Positions 61,871 to 64,000 of a stretch of 64,000 nt of DNA are shown here, piece after piece. Source of the stretch: Octopus sinensis (lineage: Eukaryota); contig NC_043004.1 of NCBI RefSeq assembly GCF_006345805.1, forward strand, positions 96,472,001-96,536,000. The letters run 5' to 3'. How positions within the stretch are numbered: position 1 is the first letter of the stretch; the number at the start of each line of letters is the position of its first letter. A program made the position numbers and the translations under genes. The notes beneath the pieces were generated by a model. The model worked only from the letters and a program-made list of their open reading frames with translations, ran no database searches and was not told where the DNA came from.

Positions 61871-62075
61871 CAGAACTCGCCGCTTCGTGCCTCGTCGATA
61901 ACACACGGACACACAAACACGTGGTCGATAATGTCGTATACTACTCAGACTTACTCCCCGCTAACCGACCGGCCGCACTCATGCTCGTGCTCATGCTTGA
62001 TACCGAGAACTCACCCCAGAACTCGCCGCTTCGTGCCTCGTCGATAACACACGGACACACACACACTCGTGGTCT
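61870..62075. repeat. CpG-rich block with a perfect 46-bp direct repeat, 146-bp period
   Basis: ccagaactcgccgcttcgtgcctcgtcgataacacacggacacaca at 61870-61915 and 62016-62061. Confidence 0.92.
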
Positions 62076-63044
62076 TCAACAAACTTTTAATGAAATCTTA
62101 ATTCTCCGTCTTTAGTCTCCATTTCCTGAAATGTATCATTACTGTTCGTACTAACACCCACTGTAAAAATGTCTAACTTGCAGTTTCTTGAGGTTTCTGG
62201 GTGAAACATGGAACAACTCATATAAAACAAAGCAACAACAACAATGAAAACAATAATAATAATAACAAACAATAACAATAGCAATAATAATAGCAACAAT
62301 AACGACAAAAACAATAACTAAAATATACCTGGTAGGATTACATTTCATGTAATCCTATTTGAACTCAAGATATTGATAAAACATTGATAAAAACTTTTTA
62401 TGTTTGCAGACAGAACTGAAATATTTTGAAGAAAATGAAAATGACAGCAATGGTTATAATGATGAAACTTAAAGCACATCATTGTCATTGTTTTTTTTTT
62501 GTTTTTTTTCGTACAGTTAACAATCTGATTCCGAAGAACTATGCTGATGGGAATAAATATTCCGAAACAAGAAAAAAACAATCAAAGTTTGTTTACGTCA
62601 TTTCAGAATTTAATCTGCAAAGATTTAAGTCTTCATAGGGTTAAGGCTTGAAAGGAACAAACAACTTCATCATCGGCATCAGCAGCAGTAGTAGCAGCAT
62701 CATCATTAGCAGTTGCAGTGAAAACACAACAATGATGATAGTTTGTTTATCAGTTGCAATAGAATGAGAATAAATCAATAAATAAATAGGTAAATAAATG
62801 TGTTACAAAACAAAGAAAAGGCAAAATAAAGTCTGCAAAAAGTATCGTTCATGTGAAAAGCAACTATATAATTCCCCCAAATGATATAAAACTGTGATAA
62901 ATTATTCAGAGAGGATAGGAATTTTCCAAAAGTGTAGACTACCCTCAATGCAATATATGAATATTTTCTGCTTAGTCTGCTAGCAAAATTGGACGGACAA
63001 GTATTTCTGTTTTTTTTCATGGCATACTTGCTTTTCTTATTCAG

Positions 63045-63119
63045 TTTCAAAAAAAATATCTCTCAAGTCTGGCCTTCCTTCTCCGTTTCTACCTTGCACT
63101 TCAAGCAATACTTGAAGAA
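63045..63119 (+). CDS. candidate 75-nt exon (FQKKYLSSLAFLLRFYLALQAILEE, or FKKNISQVWPSFSVSTLHFKQYLK in phase 2)
   Basis: cttttcttattcag| acceptor and GAA|GTAAGT donor; symmetric exon open in two frames. Confidence 0.42.
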
Positions 63120-63898
63120 GTAAGTGATGGATTTGCTTGGAAAAAAAAAAAAAAAAGAAACAAGAAAAAAAAAGCAAAAAGCTAAATGCAAACAAACAAG
63201 AAAAAACATGATGCCAGCACTTTCAATGTTGTTTTCCATATTACATATTTAGCAATCACCACTAGACTGTAAAAAAAAAGTATGATAGTTGTAGGAGATT
63301 TTCATGATAAATAAATGTTACTTGTGAGGCGTGCATTTGACATAAAATGATTGAATGGATGAAGCATATGTTTTGCATAATATTGCTATATCTCAGATAT
63401 ACTTGGATGTGACACTTGGCTCAAAATAGCAGTTTATCTTGTACACACTGTCCAGTCAAGGATTTAGAAATTTCTACATATTTGCATTTGGAAGTACTAT
63501 GAAGAATGTAGTTCTTCCTTTTCTCAATCCCCAGACAATTTTTCAAAACATCATTGCTGATACTCTTTGTTAACTCTATATTGCTGTAAAAAATTAAGCA
63601 TGTCCGCTATCCAGCAGAATGCTTTGAGTTTCTTGATTAATCCAAGACTTAGTCAAAGAAAGCCATTTAATCATTTCTTTTATGTTGTGTATTTAGAATG
63701 ATGGGATTTTTTTTCAAGTTTCTGAAGGCCAATCCCTGAATCACTGCATTTATGTCAAGAGTGAGAAGGTATTATTGTGTGACTTGGAAGGAACAAATAT
63801 AAACAAAGGTATTTTTGTTTGTAAACACTGTTTTATCAGTATTATCACTGATTTTCATATCTTTTGGATTTGTAGTGACGCTACTGTGGAAGTTTCAG

Positions 63899-64000
63899 TG
63901 CACATGTGCAGAATTGGATTACCTCCAGTAGGCCGCCGGAAGTTCCCTCATGCGCATGTGCAGGAACTGCAACATGAAAGCGTACCCGCTAAATCGGTCT
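63899..64000. promoter_or_regulatory. GC-rich promoter-like cluster (ETS and NRF1-like sites)
   Basis: CCGGAAGT at 63936-63943, TGCGCATGTGCA at 63951-63962, palindrome TGCACATGTGCA at 63899-63910, local CpG enrichment; minus-strand donor GAG|GTAATC near 63922. Confidence 0.55.

Overview
AT-rich eukaryotic DNA saturated with microsatellites and interspersed repeats. It is most consistent with intronic or intergenic sequence from an octopus (coleoid cephalopod) genome; this is an inference from the tRNA-derived SINE families and repeat make-up, not a database match. There is no long intact ORF. Almost all listed ORFs are translations of (TA)n, (TG)n, (GAT)n or (TAA)n arrays, SINE bodies, or decayed LINE and transposase fragments. 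Identifiable content: at least four tRNA-headed SINE families (labelled A-D here); an RTE-tail family that ends in (GAT)n; decayed RTE-clade and R4/Dong-clade LINE fragments; two DD37D (maT) Tc1/mariner transposase relics; an intact hAT MITE with an 8-bp TSD; a piggyBac-type MITE with TTAA TSDs; and three Helentron/DINE-1-like elements. Many short AG..GT-bounded segments on both strands could be exons of large genes, but I cannot name any protein and these calls are low confidence. An ETS/NRF1-type promoter signature lies at the right edge. The strongest second-look items are a ~190-nt fold-back at 55.2-55.4 kb whose transition-type mismatches are all G.U wobbles on the + strand, 184-bp head-to-tail SINE arrays joined by a palindromic junction and placed in inverted orientation, a 40-bp-arm inverted repeat at 21.6 kb, an in-frame 234-bp duplication in a LINE, and a CpG-rich direct repeat fused to a LINE end. 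Boundaries were read by eye and are approximate unless a TSD, TIR or splice site is quoted.
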